A program made the translations under genes and the position numbers. This document shows, in pieces, positions 1-12,622 of a DNA stretch of 64,000 nt. The notes under the pieces were generated by a model. The model saw nothing but the letters and a program-made list of their open reading frames with translations, did not search any database and was not told the origin of the DNA. This DNA comes from Halothiobacillus sp. (GTDB lineage: Bacteria > Pseudomonadota > Gammaproteobacteria > Halothiobacillales > Halothiobacillaceae): contig NZ_JAQTTX010000008.1 of NCBI RefSeq assembly GCF_028710545.1, forward strand, positions 304-64,303, in the 5' to 3' direction. The first letter of the stretch is position 1, and each line of letters begins with the position of its first letter.

Positions 1-502
1 TTCGCAACTTCTGGCGGAATTTCTCGCGGGTGTTGCGATAGGCTTCGTCACGATGGGAATCGGCCGTGCTATTCCAGCCCTCGTCACGCGGGGCGGGGAG
101 CAGGGCGTCCAGTACCCGGTTTTCGCCTGCGACCAGGGCCTTGTCGCGCACCTCGACCATTGCGATCTGGCGCTGCATTTTCAGGCCGATGTCGGCCAAA
201 TCACGGATGATCGATTCAACATCACGACCGACATACCCCACCTCGGTGAATTTCGTGGCTTCAACCTTCAGGAAGGGCGCATCGGCCAATTTGGCCAATC
301 GCCGGGCGATCTCGGTTTTACCCACGCCGGTGGGGCCGATCATGAGTATGTTCTTTGGCGTGATCTCCCCGCGCAGCGGTTCTTCCACCTGTTGCCGCCG
401 CCAGCGGTTACGCAAGGCGATGGCGACGGCCCGTTTGGCTGCGGCTTGACCGACGATGTGTTTGTCTAATTCATTTACGATTTGTTGCGGCGTGAGGTTC
501 AT
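1..502 (-). CDS. hslU: ATP-dependent protease ATPase subunit HslU, N-terminal part (gene runs off the window start)
   Basis: Minus-strand frame is open from the ATG at 502-500 to the window edge, so it is absent from the ORF track. Hand translation [90 protein letters not shown] matches the HslU N-terminus including Walker A. The ATG overlaps the hslV stop (ATGA). Confidence 0.93.
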   Translation of the reverse strand, partial: MNLTPQQIVNELDKHIVGQAAAKRAVAIALRNRWRRQQVEEPLRGEITPKNILMIGPTGVGKTEIARRLAKLADAPFLKVEATKFTEVGYVGRDVESIIRDLADIGLKMQRQIAMVEVRDKALVAGENRVLDALLPAPRDEGWNSTADSHRDEAYRNTREKFRQKLR

Positions 503-1038
503 GCGTCGAGTACTTCAATCGTGAGGTTGTGGTTGGTATAGATGCAGATATCGCCGGCAATGTTGAGCGCGGCTTCGGCTATCGCGCGGGCTTCCAGCCC
601 GGAATGCTGCATGAGTGCGGTTGCGGCTGCTTGCGCGAACGCCCCACCAGAACCGATGGCAATAAGGTCGGTTTCGGGTTCGATCACGTCGCCGTTGCCA
701 CTGATTGTCAGCATGTAGTTTCTATCGGCTACGACAAGCATGGCCTCCAATCGGCGCATGGCGCGATCGGTACGCCATTCCTTGGCAAGCTCGACAGCGG
801 AACGAAGCAGATTGCCGCCAAATTTTTCCAGTTTGGCTTCGAATTTCTCGAATAGGGTGAACGCATCGGCGGTCGCTCCGGCAAATCCGGCCAGCACGTC
901 GCCGTTATAGAGTCGCCGTACCTTGCGGGCATTGCCTTTGACTACCGTGTTGCCCAGTGTGACTTGTCCATCGCCACCGATGACGGTCTGGCCGTTTTTA
1001 CGCACGCACAGAATGGTGGTGCCGTGAAAGTTTTCCAT
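499..1038 (-). CDS. hslV: ATP-dependent protease peptidase subunit HslV
   Basis: 179-aa ORF with HslV/ClpQ signatures [40 protein letters not shown] and GSGG. It lies directly upstream of hslU. Confidence 0.95.
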   Translation of the reverse strand: MENFHGTTILCVRKNGQTVIGGDGQVTLGNTVVKGNARKVRRLYNGDVLAGFAGATADAFTLFEKFEAKLEKFGGNLLRSAVELAKEWRTDRAMRRLEAMLVVADRNYMLTISGNGDVIEPETDLIAIGSGGAFAQAAATALMQHSGLEARAIAEAALNIAGDICIYTNHNLTIEVLDA

Positions 1039-1120
1039 GGGTTTGAACCTTGAGTTCGTAAGTGGTGCATTGCCTGAATGAATCAGTGTTTCGTTTAATT
1101 TGGGTCAAGAATGGCAAATA

Positions 1121-2125
1121 TCAATCGGAAATTTCGATTTTCTGTTCATTTTTTTCCAAATTGACCCTGCCTTTTCCCTGAACTTTTGGCTGGTCTATTC
1201 TCTGCGCCCGAGGGTGAGAAGCTTCATAAACCTGGGCAAGCCGTTGAAAATCCAGATGGGTGTAGATTTGTGTCGTGGACAGGCTTTCGTGCCCGAGCAT
1301 TTCCTGTACGGCGCGCAAGTCACCCGATGATTCGAGCACGTGCGTCGCAAAGGCATGGCGTAACTGGTGTGGGTGCAAGGTTTGGCCCAAATGGGTTTGT
1401 TGGGCCAGGCGATTAAGGCGCATCTGTACCGAGCGGGTCGTCAGGCGTTGGCCGTGACGATTGACGAACAAGGCGGGCTCTGTCGTGTCTTTTAACAGGG
1501 TTTTTCTGATGGGGAGCCATTGGGTCACACGGTCAAGCGCTTTGCCGCCCACGGGTACCATCCGGGTTTTTTCGCGCTTGCCGGTAACGCGGGCAATACC
1601 TTCAGACCGGTCGATATCGATAACATCGAGCCGAACCAGTTCGGCAACACGGAGCCCGCTGCTGTAGATCAGTTCGAACATGCAGCGGTCACGAATGATC
1701 AGAACGTCTTCCGTCAGGGGCTGATCCAGCAGCTGGTTCATCGTTTCGATGGCGGGCGCATCCGGTAACTTCTTGGCCGCTTTGGGGGATTTGAGGGCAT
1801 CTGGGCTGGCGGGGCAGACAATGTAGGCTTTTTGCCAGCATCTGAGCAACCAGCGTGTGGCCGATAATTTGCGCGCGATGCTGCGGTTGTCGAGGCCCGA
1901 TTCCCTGCAATGGGCGAGATAGCCGCGCAGGCGCCGATCATCAATCTGTTTGGGTTCAAGGACATCCTGATCGTGGAGATAGGAATGCAGTTGTTGCCAG
2001 TCACCGAGATAGGCCGACTGCGTTTTGTTGGCGAGTGTGGCGCTTTCAGTCAGCAGCATCTTTGCGCGCTCGAAAGCGGCATGGAGGGCTGTTGAGGATG
2101 TGAGGGGGGCGGTTTCTGGCATCAA
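1121..2125 (-). CDS. xerC: Tyrosine site-specific recombinase XerC
   Basis: 334-aa ORF with the tyrosine-recombinase catalytic region LHPHQLRHAFATHVL .. LGHESLSTTQIYTHL. It has a 4-nt overlap with the upstream DUF484 gene. The XerC versus XerD choice rests on this synteny. Confidence 0.88.
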   Translation of the reverse strand: MMPETAPLTSSTALHAAFERAKMLLTESATLANKTQSAYLGDWQQLHSYLHDQDVLEPKQIDDRRLRGYLAHCRESGLDNRSIARKLSATRWLLRCWQKAYIVCPASPDALKSPKAAKKLPDAPAIETMNQLLDQPLTEDVLIIRDRCMFELIYSSGLRVAELVRLDVIDIDRSEGIARVTGKREKTRMVPVGGKALDRVTQWLPIRKTLLKDTTEPALFVNRHGQRLTTRSVQMRLNRLAQQTHLGQTLHPHQLRHAFATHVLESSGDLRAVQEMLGHESLSTTQIYTHLDFQRLAQVYEASHPRAQRIDQPKVQGKGRVNLEKNEQKIEISD

Positions 2126-2844
2126 ACGCAGGTTTGAGGGCAGAGGAAGGCCGCTGCCAGTTCGCCGATTTGACTCAAAAACAGCGTCCCTTGCGTGGGA
2201 TTGAAGCCATCTGGAGCATGACGACCAAGCGCCAATATCCAGTCGGGTTCTGCCGGATTATTGCCCACGGCAATCAAGGCGGCGGAGCCGGTATCCGGGA
2301 AGTGCGTGTCGAATACCAATTGACGCTGAGCTTCGTTGAGGCGGCCGCAAAGAGGGCTGCGGCTCTCCACCCATCCGCTGAGTATCTGTTTGCTCTGTGT
2401 TTTCATGTCGGCAAAACAGACCAGTTCAACCGCATCAACGGTGAAGTGCCGGTGGATCAGGACGGTCAACTGTTCGGCGGTGCGCTGAGGCGTGCGGAGA
2501 AGGTCAGAGGCGAAGTCATGCAAAACCTGATCGAGTCGGGCATTGTCTTCCGCAGTGGCGCGCAGCAGATTGATTTGACGTGTCAGCCGAGCGAGCCGCT
2601 CTCTCTGGATACGCAATTGAATGTGTGGCAACGAGGCAACACCATCGGGCGGGGAAGGCAGTTCGATTTCTGTCAGTAACGTGGGAGAGGATTCAAGCAG
2701 ATCTTCAAGCACGGATCGCAATTGCGTCTGACAGTGCTCGGCAAGAAACCCGGGGTTTTGTTGGAGAAAGTCCACCACTGCCGCCTTATCCGGCGATTGA
2801 TTGTTGTTGTCGATCAGGGAGATGGCGGTGGCTTCGTTCGTCAT
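2122..2844 (-). CDS. DUF484 (YigA-like) family protein
   Basis: 240-aa ORF. The N-terminal VVDFLQQNPGFL and C-terminal QGTLFLSQIGELAAAFL resemble E. coli YigA. The usual position upstream of xerC supports the call. Confidence 0.72.
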   Translation of the reverse strand: MTNEATAISLIDNNNQSPDKAAVVDFLQQNPGFLAEHCQTQLRSVLEDLLESSPTLLTEIELPSPPDGVASLPHIQLRIQRERLARLTRQINLLRATAEDNARLDQVLHDFASDLLRTPQRTAEQLTVLIHRHFTVDAVELVCFADMKTQSKQILSGWVESRSPLCGRLNEAQRQLVFDTHFPDTGSAALIAVGNNPAEPDWILALGRHAPDGFNPTQGTLFLSQIGELAAAFLCPQTCV

Positions 2845-2884
2845 GATGGTTTTGTTTAATCGTTGTTTGTGCGTATAAGTTCTC

Positions 2885-3043
2885 TTATGGATGCTCTGAA
2901 CAACGCCATCCTGGCGTTTTCAGAGGGCTAAAATCAAAAAATGTGATTTTTGATTTTCTTCATGAACAATCACTTGCATGATCGTTCATGGCGGCAAATC
3001 CCTATGCCGCACGGAACCTCTGATTTAATCGGAGATTCCTTAT
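2885..3043 (+). mobile_element. Family A hairpin-array MITE-like repeat, copy A1 (159 bp)
   Basis: Near-identical to 61755-61913 and homologous to 6263-6421. It carries five consecutive hairpins, imperfect terminal inverted repeats TTATGGATGCTCTGA / TCGGAGATTCCTTAT, and TA on both flanks. Confidence 0.8.
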
Positions 3044-3142
3044 GAGAACCATAACCCGAATGCCCTTTCGCCGCAATCAATCCAGACACGTAAGTTCGAC
3101 AATCCAGGCAGTCTTTTTCCGCATGTCGCGCTTAGATTTTCT

Positions 3143-3170
3143 TTGACGTGTTATTTGATTGTTTTATGAT
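3143..3170 (+). promoter_or_regulatory. Candidate sigma70 promoter for thrS (TTGACG-16 nt-TATGAT)
   Basis: -35 TTGACG at 3143-3148 and -10 TATGAT at 3165-3170 with a 16-nt spacer, about 180 nt upstream of the thrS ATG. This is a sequence match only. Confidence 0.3.
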
Positions 3171-3349
3171 GTCGGGCTGTTGTAAATCGAAGGTTTAGGC
3201 TGGCTCGTTTTGTGGTCGAGCACCGAAATCTGGCCGATTTGCGATTTCCCTGATTCGGAACACGTTGCCGGTTGACCGGCACCCCACCCCGTATCGCCCC
3301 TGAAACACGCGGTTTGTTGTAGGAGCCGCCACTGCCAAAGGAGAGCGTC

Positions 3350-5263
3350 ATGTTGACGATTACCCTGCCCGATGCGTCACAACGTACATTTGACCATCCC
3401 GTTACCGTGGGTGAAATAGCGGCCGATATCGGCCCGGGATTAGCGAAGGCTGCCATTGCCGGCAAGATTGACGGCAAGCTCGTGGATTTGTCCCGTGTGG
3501 TCGATCACGATGCGCGCATCGCCATTGTGACCGCCAAGGATCCGGAAGGTCTGGAAGTCATCCGCCATTCAACGGCGCACTTGATGGCGCAGGCGGTCAA
3601 GCAGCTTTATCCCAGCGCACAGGTCACCATCGGTCCGGTGATCGATAACGGGTTTTACTACGATTTTTATTTTGAACGCCCCTTCAATGATGAAGATCTG
3701 GCGGCGATCGAAACGCGAATGCACGAGCTTGCTGCGAAGGGTGATGAACTCGAGCGCCGCGTCGTTGATCGATCCGAAGCCATTCAATTTTTCGATCAAC
3801 TGGGCGAAGAGTTCAAGGTTGAAATCATCAAAAGCATTCCTGAAGAGGAAGAGCTGACCTTATATACACAAGGTGATTTCACCGACTTCTGTCGTGGCCC
3901 GCACGTGCCGAATACGAACCGCCTCAAAGTGTTCAAGCTGATGAAGGTGGCCGGTGCGTATTGGCGTGGCGATGCCAAAAACCCCATGCTCACCCGAATC
4001 TACGGCACGGCGTTTGCCAGCGACAAGGAGCTTAAAGCCTACCTGAATCAACTGGCCGAGGCCGAAAAGCGCGATCATCGGCGCATCGGCAAACAGCAGA
4101 ATCTGTTCCACTTCCAGGAGGAGGCGCCGGGTCTGGTGTTCTGGCATCCCAAGGGCTGGGCCTTGTGGCAGGTGATCGAGCAGCACATGCGCGGCATCTA
4201 CCGATCATCTGGCTACGACGAAATTCGCTGCCCGCAAATTTTGGACGTTTCACTGTGGAAAAAATCGGGCCATTGGGATAACTATCAGGAAAACATGTTC
4301 TTCACCGAATCGGAGAAGCGCACGTTTGCCGTCAAGCCGATGAACTGCCCGGGGCATGTGCAGGTGTTCAATCACGGTTTGCACAGTTATCGCGATCTGC
4401 CGATTCGTTACGGCGAATTCGGCTCCTGTCATCGCAACGAACCTTCGGGCGCGCTGCATGGCATTTTGCGTGTGCGCGGGTTTACGCAGGATGATGGTCA
4501 TATCTTCTGCATGGAAAGCCAGATCGAATCGGAGGTCAAAGCCTTTCACGAGCAGGCTTTGTCTGTGTATGCTACCTTCGGCTTTACCGATATCCAGGTG
4601 AAAATCGCCCTGCGTCCGGACAAGCGGCTGGGCACTGATGCCGTGTGGGATGAGGCGGAAGCAGCCCTGCGCGGCGCCTTGAGTGCGGCCGGTGTGGCGT
4701 GGACGGAATTGCCCGGAGAAGGTGCCTTCTACGGCCCCAAAATCGAATATCACCTGAAAGATGCCATCGGACGGACCTGGCAGTTGGGTACGATTCAGGT
4801 TGATTTCATGATGCCGGAGCGCCTTGGCGCCACCTACGTCGATGAGCACAGCGAGCGTCGCCATCCCGTGATGCTGCACCGCGCAATTGTCGGCTCGATG
4901 GAGCGCTTTATCGGGATTCTGATTGAGCACCATGCCGGTTTGCTGCCCTTCTGGTTAGCACCCGTTCAGGTGGTGGTCATGGGAATTACCGATAAACATG
5001 CAGGCTATGTGCAGCAACTCACGGCCAAACTCAAGGCAGCCGGGATACGCGTGGTTGACGACCTGCGCAATGAAAAGGTCGGTTTCAAGATTCGCGAGCA
5101 CACCTTGGAACGCGTGCCTTATCTCCTTGTGGCCGGTGACCGGGAAATGGAGACCGAATCCATCGCCGTTCGAACGAGAGAGGGCGCTGATCTTGGCGTC
5201 ATGACGGTGACCGATCTGCTGGACAAGTTGCAATTGGAATCCCGTGCTCCCGGCACAGTGTGA
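3350..5263 (+). CDS. thrS: Threonine--tRNA ligase
   Basis: 637-aa ORF starting [24 protein letters not shown] (TGS domain). It has class II motifs (FRAEIRCPQ-like region, [26 protein letters not shown]) and the usual position ahead of infC. Confidence 0.97.
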   Translation: MLTITLPDASQRTFDHPVTVGEIAADIGPGLAKAAIAGKIDGKLVDLSRVVDHDARIAIVTAKDPEGLEVIRHSTAHLMAQAVKQLYPSAQVTIGPVIDNGFYYDFYFERPFNDEDLAAIETRMHELAAKGDELERRVVDRSEAIQFFDQLGEEFKVEIIKSIPEEEELTLYTQGDFTDFCRGPHVPNTNRLKVFKLMKVAGAYWRGDAKNPMLTRIYGTAFASDKELKAYLNQLAEAEKRDHRRIGKQQNLFHFQEEAPGLVFWHPKGWALWQVIEQHMRGIYRSSGYDEIRCPQILDVSLWKKSGHWDNYQENMFFTESEKRTFAVKPMNCPGHVQVFNHGLHSYRDLPIRYGEFGSCHRNEPSGALHGILRVRGFTQDDGHIFCMESQIESEVKAFHEQALSVYATFGFTDIQVKIALRPDKRLGTDAVWDEAEAALRGALSAAGVAWTELPGEGAFYGPKIEYHLKDAIGRTWQLGTIQVDFMMPERLGATYVDEHSERRHPVMLHRAIVGSMERFIGILIEHHAGLLPFWLAPVQVVVMGITDKHAGYVQQLTAKLKAAGIRVVDDLRNEKVGFKIREHTLERVPYLLVAGDREMETESIAVRTREGADLGVMTVTDLLDKLQLESRAPGTV

Positions 5264-5447
5264 TGGTTGCTTGAGTCAGAATTGCAACAAGGGCCGGTTT
5301 TGATCGTTTTGTTGCGATTTTTGTTCCGGCAAACCTGTTGAAGGTTTCATTACGCAGCAATGCGTATTAACATGTTCGACCTGAAAACCAAGGCGTGCCC
5401 TGTGGTTATGTGATGCGGTGCAAAATAGTTCACCCCATCTGTTTTAA

Positions 5448-6020
<573 letters not shown>

Positions 6021-6262
6021 TTGCACAGGTTATCAACTCTGAAGGCCCGCCGTGACGCTGGTTTGGTCTAGTGCGGTGCGCAATTAATCTTGCTTGTTCC
6101 CCGGTTTTCCAGTAGCATCTCGCGCCACTTTGATCGTGGTTGTCGGCTTGCTCTGTTTTGAATGAATGGGGCTGCCTTCGACCAAGATAAAGAATTCCTC
6201 CGTGTGCGCATTGTGCACATTGACTCGAGATGGTTTTTTACCGTCTTGAGGTTTTGGGGAGA

Positions 6263-6421
6263 TTTGGGAGGCTCTGAATAATTCCATCCTGGAAACATCA
6301 GAGCACGCAAAGCAAAAGGCGTGACTTTTGCTTTGCTTCATGTTCAATCACCTGCGTGATTGAACATGGCGGCACGTCCCTGTGCCGCGCGGAACCTCCG
6401 AATTTATCAGAGGTTCCTTAG
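6263..6421 (+). mobile_element. Family A hairpin-array MITE-like repeat, copy A2 (diverged, 159 bp)
   Basis: Same five-hairpin architecture as A1 and A3, with paired (compensatory) substitutions in three stems. The right end is TCAGAGGTTCCTTAG. It lies in the infC-rpmI spacer. Confidence 0.8.
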
Positions 6422-6488
6422 CCTCAATGCGTTATTTAACTCCGACGTATTGGGTGTCATAAACATAAACAGTGAAACTGGAGTCGAT

Positions 6489-6683
6489 ATGCCGAAGATC
6501 AAATCCAATCGCGGTGCAGCCAAGCGGTTCAAAATTACCGCTGGCGGCATCAAGCGTAAGCAGTCGCACATGCGACATATTCTGACCAAGAAGTCATCCA
6601 AGCGTAAGCGTCAATTGGGATCACCTTCGTACGTTCACGAACGTGATGTTCCGTCGATTCACATCATGTTGCCGTACGCGTAA
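6489..6683 (+). CDS. rpmI: 50S ribosomal protein L35
   Basis: The internal ATG of track ORF 6360-6683 gives the 64-aa [43 protein letters not shown]. It lies between infC and rplT. Confidence 0.93.
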   Translation: MPKIKSNRGAAKRFKITAGGIKRKQSHMRHILTKKSSKRKRQLGSPSYVHERDVPSIHIMLPYA

Positions 6684-6696
6684 GGAGCACTGAACC

Positions 6697-7056
6697 ATGG
6701 CTAGAGTAAAACGTGGCGTCAATGCCCGCGCAAAACACAAGAAAGTCCTCGATAAAGCGAAAGGTTACTATGGTGCCCGTTCGCGTACGTTCCGGGTTGC
6801 CCATCAAGCCGTTATTAAAGCCGGTCAATACGCATACCGTGACCGTCGGGCCAAGAAACGTGTCTTCCGCGCACTGTGGATTACCCGGATCAATGCCGAG
6901 GCGCGTAACAACGATTTGTCCTACAGTCGCTTGATGGATGGTATTCACAAGGCGAATATCGAAATCGACCGCAAGGTTCTGGCTGACCTTGCCGTATTCG
7001 ACAAGCCTGCATTTGCTGCAATCGCAGCGCAAGCGAAAGCGGCCCTTGGTATTTGA
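6697..7056 (+). CDS. rplT: 50S ribosomal protein L20
   Basis: 119-aa [43 protein letters not shown], a typical L20. Confidence 0.96.
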   Translation: MARVKRGVNARAKHKKVLDKAKGYYGARSRTFRVAHQAVIKAGQYAYRDRRAKKRVFRALWITRINAEARNNDLSYSRLMDGIHKANIEIDRKVLADLAVFDKPAFAAIAAQAKAALGI

Positions 7057-7102
7057 TCATTCTTTGATCTACATCATCGACGTGATGTAATCGGATACAA
7101 TC

Positions 7103-7127
7103 GGGCGCTCGCAAGAGCGCCTTTTCG
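7103..7127 (+). terminator. Rho-independent terminator or attenuator after rplT
   Basis: GGCGCTC gcaa GAGCGCC stem followed by TTTTCG, 47 nt after the rplT stop. Confidence 0.6.
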
Positions 7128-7173
7128 TTGGTGGGTCAATCATAGCGTGACGTGCCGGCGGATTAATCCATGA

Positions 7174-8304
<1,131 letters not shown>

Positions 8305-8345
8305 TATGTCCGGTCTTTCTTTCAGCTTAAATACACGAGCTTCTT

Positions 8346-10745
8346 ATGCGATTTTCTGAATCTTGGTTGCGCGAATGGATTAATCCGCCGGTTGATACGG
8401 CTACTCTGGCCCATCGTTTGACAATGGCAGGCCTTGAGGTCGACGCCATCGAGCCGGCGGCAGAATCGTTCAGCGGTGTTGTGGTTGCCGAGGTGCGTTC
8501 CGTTGAGCTGCATCCGGATGCGGACAAGCTCAAAATCACCCGCGTGACCGACGGTACCCATGAATACCAGATCGTTTGTGGCGCTGCCAATGTACGTGTG
8601 GGTATGCGTGTGCCATTGGCGACCCTGGGCGCCCAACTGCCGGGCGGACTGGTCATCAAATCAGCGAAATTGCGTGGTGTTCCCTCTGAAGGAATGCTGT
8701 GTAGTGCCAGCGAGTTGGGTATGCCCAGCGTTGTCGACGGGTTGTGGGAATTGCCTTCGGACGCACCATTGGGACAATCCATTCGCGACTGGCTGAATCT
8801 GGATGATTCCATCATCGAGTTGGGAATAACACCCAACCGGGGTGATGCGCTTTCGATTTTGGGTGTTGCACGTGATTGTTCGGCATTGTTTGATCTGGAT
8901 ATCACCCCGCGTGATCAATCCTCAGGGGTTGAGGTTACGTCGGATGCCGTTCAGTCTGCTCGAATCGCCGCTCCCGATGATTGCCCGGTTTATTTGACCC
9001 AAGTTATCTGTGGTGTGTCTGCCGGTCGTAAAACACCGATGTGGATGTCTGAACGTCTACGTCGTGCCGGGATCAAGGTGATCGAGCCGATCGTGGACGT
9101 CTGCAACTACGTCATGCTCGAGTTGGGGCAACCCTTGCATGCCTTCGATCAGCAAAAACTGCAGGGTGGCTTGACCGTTCGGCGTGCACGTCCGGGCGAA
9201 TCCATGGATGCGCTCAATCAGCAAAAGCTGGAAATGGATGCCGATTGCCTCGTGATCGCCGATGAAGCGGGTCCGGTCGCGCTGGCGGGGATCATCGGTG
9301 GTCTGGCGTCGGCCGTGTCAGCCGGAACGGTAAACATCGTCCTCGAGTCGGCTCACTTTACGCCCGAGGCGATTGCTGGTCGTGCCCGGCGTCTGGGGCT
9401 AACTACTGATGCCGCTTTCCGGTTCGAGCGGGGCGTTGATCCGCTGCTACCGGCACGAGCCTTATCGCGTGCCGCCACGCTGATTCAACAGATATGCGGC
9501 GGCCAGGTGGGTAACGCCAGTGCGGCTCAGGGAGCCAAGGCACCGCAGGTTCCTGCTGCTATCCAGTTGGATATGAGTTGGGCTGAGCGTCGTTTGGGCT
9601 TGGCTGTTTTGCCAGAGCAAGCCAAGAAATTTCTCGTGCGCTTGGGCTGCATCGTTGAATTTCAGTCTGATACCGTATTGACAGTCACTCCGCCAAGTCA
9701 TCGTTTCGATATGGTGATTCCTGAAGATCTGCTTGAGGAATTGGCGCGTTTGCTCGGTTTTGACGCATTTCGTGCGCCAATGGGGCGTTCGCCTCTGACG
9801 ATTGGTGTCCGACCGGAAACCGAAAACAGCATTGCTAAAGTTGCAGATTTCATGGCAAGCCGAGGTTACTTCGAAGCGATTTCGTACAGTTTCATTGATC
9901 CTGCCATCGCAGAACTTTTTACCTCCGCGCCTGGTATTGCACTCGCAAACCCGATTTCCAGCGAGATGGCCGTCATGCGTCAAAGCCTGTGGCCGGGATT
10001 GTTGCAGGCCGTGGCCTTCAATCAGAATCGTCAGCAGACACGTGTACGTTTGTTTGAAATGGGCAGAAGTTTCAAGGGTTCGCTTGATGATGTGCAGGAA
10101 ATTGATCAACTCGCCGCGGTGATCGTGGGGGGGCGTTGGCCGGAGCAATGGGGCGAAAAAAGCACTCAGGCAGACTTCTTCGACCTCAAGGGCGATTGCG
10201 AGGCACTCCTGCTGCACCTTGGTTTCAGTCTTGATCCCTCGTCGGATCACGCGAACAACGTCAGCCTCCGGGCCGCTGCGCACCCGGCATTGCATCCCGG
10301 GCAAAGTGCAGAAATCCTGATTCATGACCATCCTTGCGGCTGGTTGGGCGCCATTCATCCTGACATAGCAGAAAAAATGGACGTCAATGGATCGGTTTTT
10401 GTCCTGGAACTCGATCTTCACTCCTTGCAATATCGGCATCTGCCGATGAACAAGCCGCGCTCGCGGTTCCCGCAAGTCAGACGGGATCTGGCGCTCCTGA
10501 AGCCGGCCACCATGCCGATTGCAGAATTATTATCTCTGATCAGGAACGGCGGTCCGGCGAGTTTGCGCGAGGTTGGCGTCTTTGACCGGTACGTTGGTGC
10601 CGGTATTGAACCGGGGTTTGAAAGTGTCGCGGTCAAATTAATTTTCCAGGAATCCGAGCGCACACTGACGGATGACGAAATTGTCGGTATAATCAGCGAC
10701 ATACGCGCAAATCTTGCGCAGCATAATATTCAATTGCGCACCTAA
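8346..10745 (+). CDS. pheT: Phenylalanine--tRNA ligase beta subunit
   Basis: 799-aa [21 protein letters not shown].. with a tRNA-binding domain, B3/4 and B5 regions and a C-terminal [21 protein letters not shown] anticodon-binding-like domain. Confidence 0.96.
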   Translation: MRFSESWLREWINPPVDTATLAHRLTMAGLEVDAIEPAAESFSGVVVAEVRSVELHPDADKLKITRVTDGTHEYQIVCGAANVRVGMRVPLATLGAQLPGGLVIKSAKLRGVPSEGMLCSASELGMPSVVDGLWELPSDAPLGQSIRDWLNLDDSIIELGITPNRGDALSILGVARDCSALFDLDITPRDQSSGVEVTSDAVQSARIAAPDDCPVYLTQVICGVSAGRKTPMWMSERLRRAGIKVIEPIVDVCNYVMLELGQPLHAFDQQKLQGGLTVRRARPGESMDALNQQKLEMDADCLVIADEAGPVALAGIIGGLASAVSAGTVNIVLESAHFTPEAIAGRARRLGLTTDAAFRFERGVDPLLPARALSRAATLIQQICGGQVGNASAAQGAKAPQVPAAIQLDMSWAERRLGLAVLPEQAKKFLVRLGCIVEFQSDTVLTVTPPSHRFDMVIPEDLLEELARLLGFDAFRAPMGRSPLTIGVRPETENSIAKVADFMASRGYFEAISYSFIDPAIAELFTSAPGIALANPISSEMAVMRQSLWPGLLQAVAFNQNRQQTRVRLFEMGRSFKGSLDDVQEIDQLAAVIVGGRWPEQWGEKSTQADFFDLKGDCEALLLHLGFSLDPSSDHANNVSLRAAAHPALHPGQSAEILIHDHPCGWLGAIHPDIAEKMDVNGSVFVLELDLHSLQYRHLPMNKPRSRFPQVRRDLALLKPATMPIAELLSLIRNGGPASLREVGVFDRYVGAGIEPGFESVAVKLIFQESERTLTDDEIVGIISDIRANLAQHNIQLRT

Positions 10746-10758
10746 GGGACAGCATTTC

Positions 10759-11061
10759 ATGGCCTTAACCAAAGCAGATCTGGTCGAAAAACTCCACGCC
10801 GAACTTGGCTTGAATAAACGCGAAGCCAAGGATTTTGTTGATATTTTTTTCGAAGAACTCCGCGCCACGCTCGAATCGGGCGAGGAAATCAAACTTTCCG
10901 GTTTCGGTAATTTTCAGTTGCGCGATAAAAACGAACGCCCCGGCCGCAACCCACGCACGGGCGAGATGATTCCCGTATCGGCACGCCGTGTGGTGACCTT
11001 CCGTGCCGGGCAAAAACTGAAGGCCATGGTTGAGGCCTATGACGGCTCTGACGCATCCTGA
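10759..11061 (+). CDS. ihfA: Integration host factor subunit alpha
   Basis: The internal ATG gives [88 protein letters not shown], a canonical IHF-alpha located after pheT. Confidence 0.94.
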   Translation: MALTKADLVEKLHAELGLNKREAKDFVDIFFEELRATLESGEEIKLSGFGNFQLRDKNERPGRNPRTGEMIPVSARRVVTFRAGQKLKAMVEAYDGSDAS

Positions 11062-11581
11062 ATCGAGCCTGCCGCCGATTCCCAATAAGCGTTACTTCAC
11101 GATTGGTGAAGTAGGCGGCTTGTGTGATGTCAAGTCACACGTGTTGCGGTATTGGGAACAGGAGTTTACTCAGCTCAAGCCGACCAAGCGTCGTGGCAAC
11201 CGGCGTTACTATCAACGGCATGATATCGAGCTCATTCGTCTGATTCGTAGCCTTTTGTATGAGCAGGGGTTCACTATTGCCGGCGCACGGCAGCAACTCG
11301 CCCAGGCTTTCAAGCAGCCATCTGGCAAGACAGCCCTGGATACAGCCCGAGATATAGACCTGGATCATGAGCGTGATTTGCTGTCTGATATCACTCATGT
11401 GGAACCCGCCGCTGATTCTCCTGATTTGACGGCAAGTGATCAGATTGCATCTGCCAAGGTTGCCCACGCTGATGAGCTGCCTCATCTTTCACCTTTGAAC
11501 CCTGATTCAGCCGTTCCGCCGCTCACGCAGATTCGCCAGGCGCTGGAACAGATATCAAGGAATATTGATCCTCTTCTGTAG
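11039..11581 (+). CDS. MerR-family transcriptional regulator (conserved ihfA-downstream type)
   Basis: N-terminal MerR helix-turn-helix [58 protein letters not shown]. It overlaps the ihfA 3' end. The start is either 11030 or 11039. Confidence 0.75.
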   Translation: MTALTHPESSLPPIPNKRYFTIGEVGGLCDVKSHVLRYWEQEFTQLKPTKRRGNRRYYQRHDIELIRLIRSLLYEQGFTIAGARQQLAQAFKQPSGKTALDTARDIDLDHERDLLSDITHVEPAADSPDLTASDQIASAKVAHADELPHLSPLNPDSAVPPLTQIRQALEQISRNIDPLL

Positions 11582-11711
11582 TAGGCATTCTTCTGCCTGC
11601 CCATTTCAAAACAACTTTAATGACCTCTTTGCTCTGAAATCGCCGTAATTTGGTTCCCTTCTCTTACCCCACGCGTTGGCTTGGGGTAGGGGGGGATTTT
11701 AGCCAACGGAC

Positions 11712-12569
11712 TCAGCGATCAAGTCGTCCCATGGCACCGGATTGATAGTCAATGATTGCCTGCTGCAGTTCAGCGGGGGTGTTCATCACGAACGGACCTC
11801 GATGAGCGATGGGTTCGTCGATGGGTTTGCCGGATAACAGCAGCACTCCGCTTGCTGTTTCGCTGTGCAGTCTCACAGTCTGATCGCCCCTGCCGAACAC
11901 CATCAATCCCCCGTTTTCTGCCTTGCCTTCTACGCCAGTATCCTGTCGCGGTGCCGATACCGCGCCGGCATAGACATACGCCATCAATCTGTAGCCCTCG
12001 GGCAGTTTTACTTCGACTGTCGCGCCTGCATTCAGGCGGACATCGGCCATGCCAGCACCATCACCCAAGGTGGGCATGGCGCCGTCGCCCGTTGTGCCGT
12101 TGAATTGCCACCGATCGGCAATCAGGCGCGCTTCACCCCCCGTGAATGCGATCTGCGGGATTTCGCTTGCCTGAATATCCCGGTATGTGGGTGCGCTCAT
12201 CTTGAGTGCGGCAGGCAGGTTGATCCACACCTGAAAGCCATGCAGGCCATCACTGTCGGTTGTCGGCATTTCCGAGTGAACAACGCCACTACCCGCACGC
12301 ATCCATTGAGCACCACCTCGACTCACGCCACCTTGGTGCCCTTCAGAGTCGCGATGCTTAAGTCCGCCGTGCAGCAAGTAGGTGAGTGTCTCGAACCCCC
12401 GATGCGGGTGCGGTGGGAATCCGCCGATGTAGTCGTCCTTGATGGTTGATTTCAGCTCATCGACCATCAGAAACGGGTCGATCGCTCCGGTGAATTCGCT
12501 GATACGGCGAATTTTGACCCCGGCGCCATCTTCGGTGGGTTGAGCATATCGAATGTGGAATGTGTTCAT
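11712..12569 (-). CDS. Pirin family protein
   Basis: 285-aa ORF with the cupin metal motif GFPPHPHRGFETLTYLLHG .. WMRAGSGVVHSEMP. Confidence 0.9.
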   Translation of the reverse strand: MNTFHIRYAQPTEDGAGVKIRRISEFTGAIDPFLMVDELKSTIKDDYIGGFPPHPHRGFETLTYLLHGGLKHRDSEGHQGGVSRGGAQWMRAGSGVVHSEMPTTDSDGLHGFQVWINLPAALKMSAPTYRDIQASEIPQIAFTGGEARLIADRWQFNGTTGDGAMPTLGDGAGMADVRLNAGATVEVKLPEGYRLMAYVYAGAVSAPRQDTGVEGKAENGGLMVFGRGDQTVRLHSETASGVLLLSGKPIDEPIAHRGPFVMNTPAELQQAIIDYQSGAMGRLDR

Positions 12570-12622
12570 GATAACTCCTGTGCATTGCGGTAAATAAGGT
12601 GTCGGTTAGTGACTGGAATCGG

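Noticed and set aside
53-469. Two plus-strand ORFs (138 and 127 aa) at the window start.
   Set aside because: They are antisense to the clear hslU N-terminal coding region, which the ORF track omits because it runs off the window.
1018-1038. The six-residue extension (MENFHG) before the catalytic Thr of HslV.
   Set aside because: An xFHGTTI N-terminus is common in HslV from many lineages (for example Thermotoga and alphaproteobacteria), so it is a known propeptide-like variant.
2885-3043. Whether the repeated hairpin units could be a CRISPR array or tandem repeat array.
   Set aside because: The hairpins within one element all differ from one another. There is no repeat-spacer periodicity, the copies are tens of kb apart, and no cas genes are present.
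11582-11711. A possible tRNA or small RNA after the MerR-family gene (a tRNA often follows this block in other genomes).
   Set aside because: Only a simple hairpin (TACCCCA..TGGGGTA) and a G-run are present, with no cloverleaf and no T-loop GTTCGAATC-type motif.
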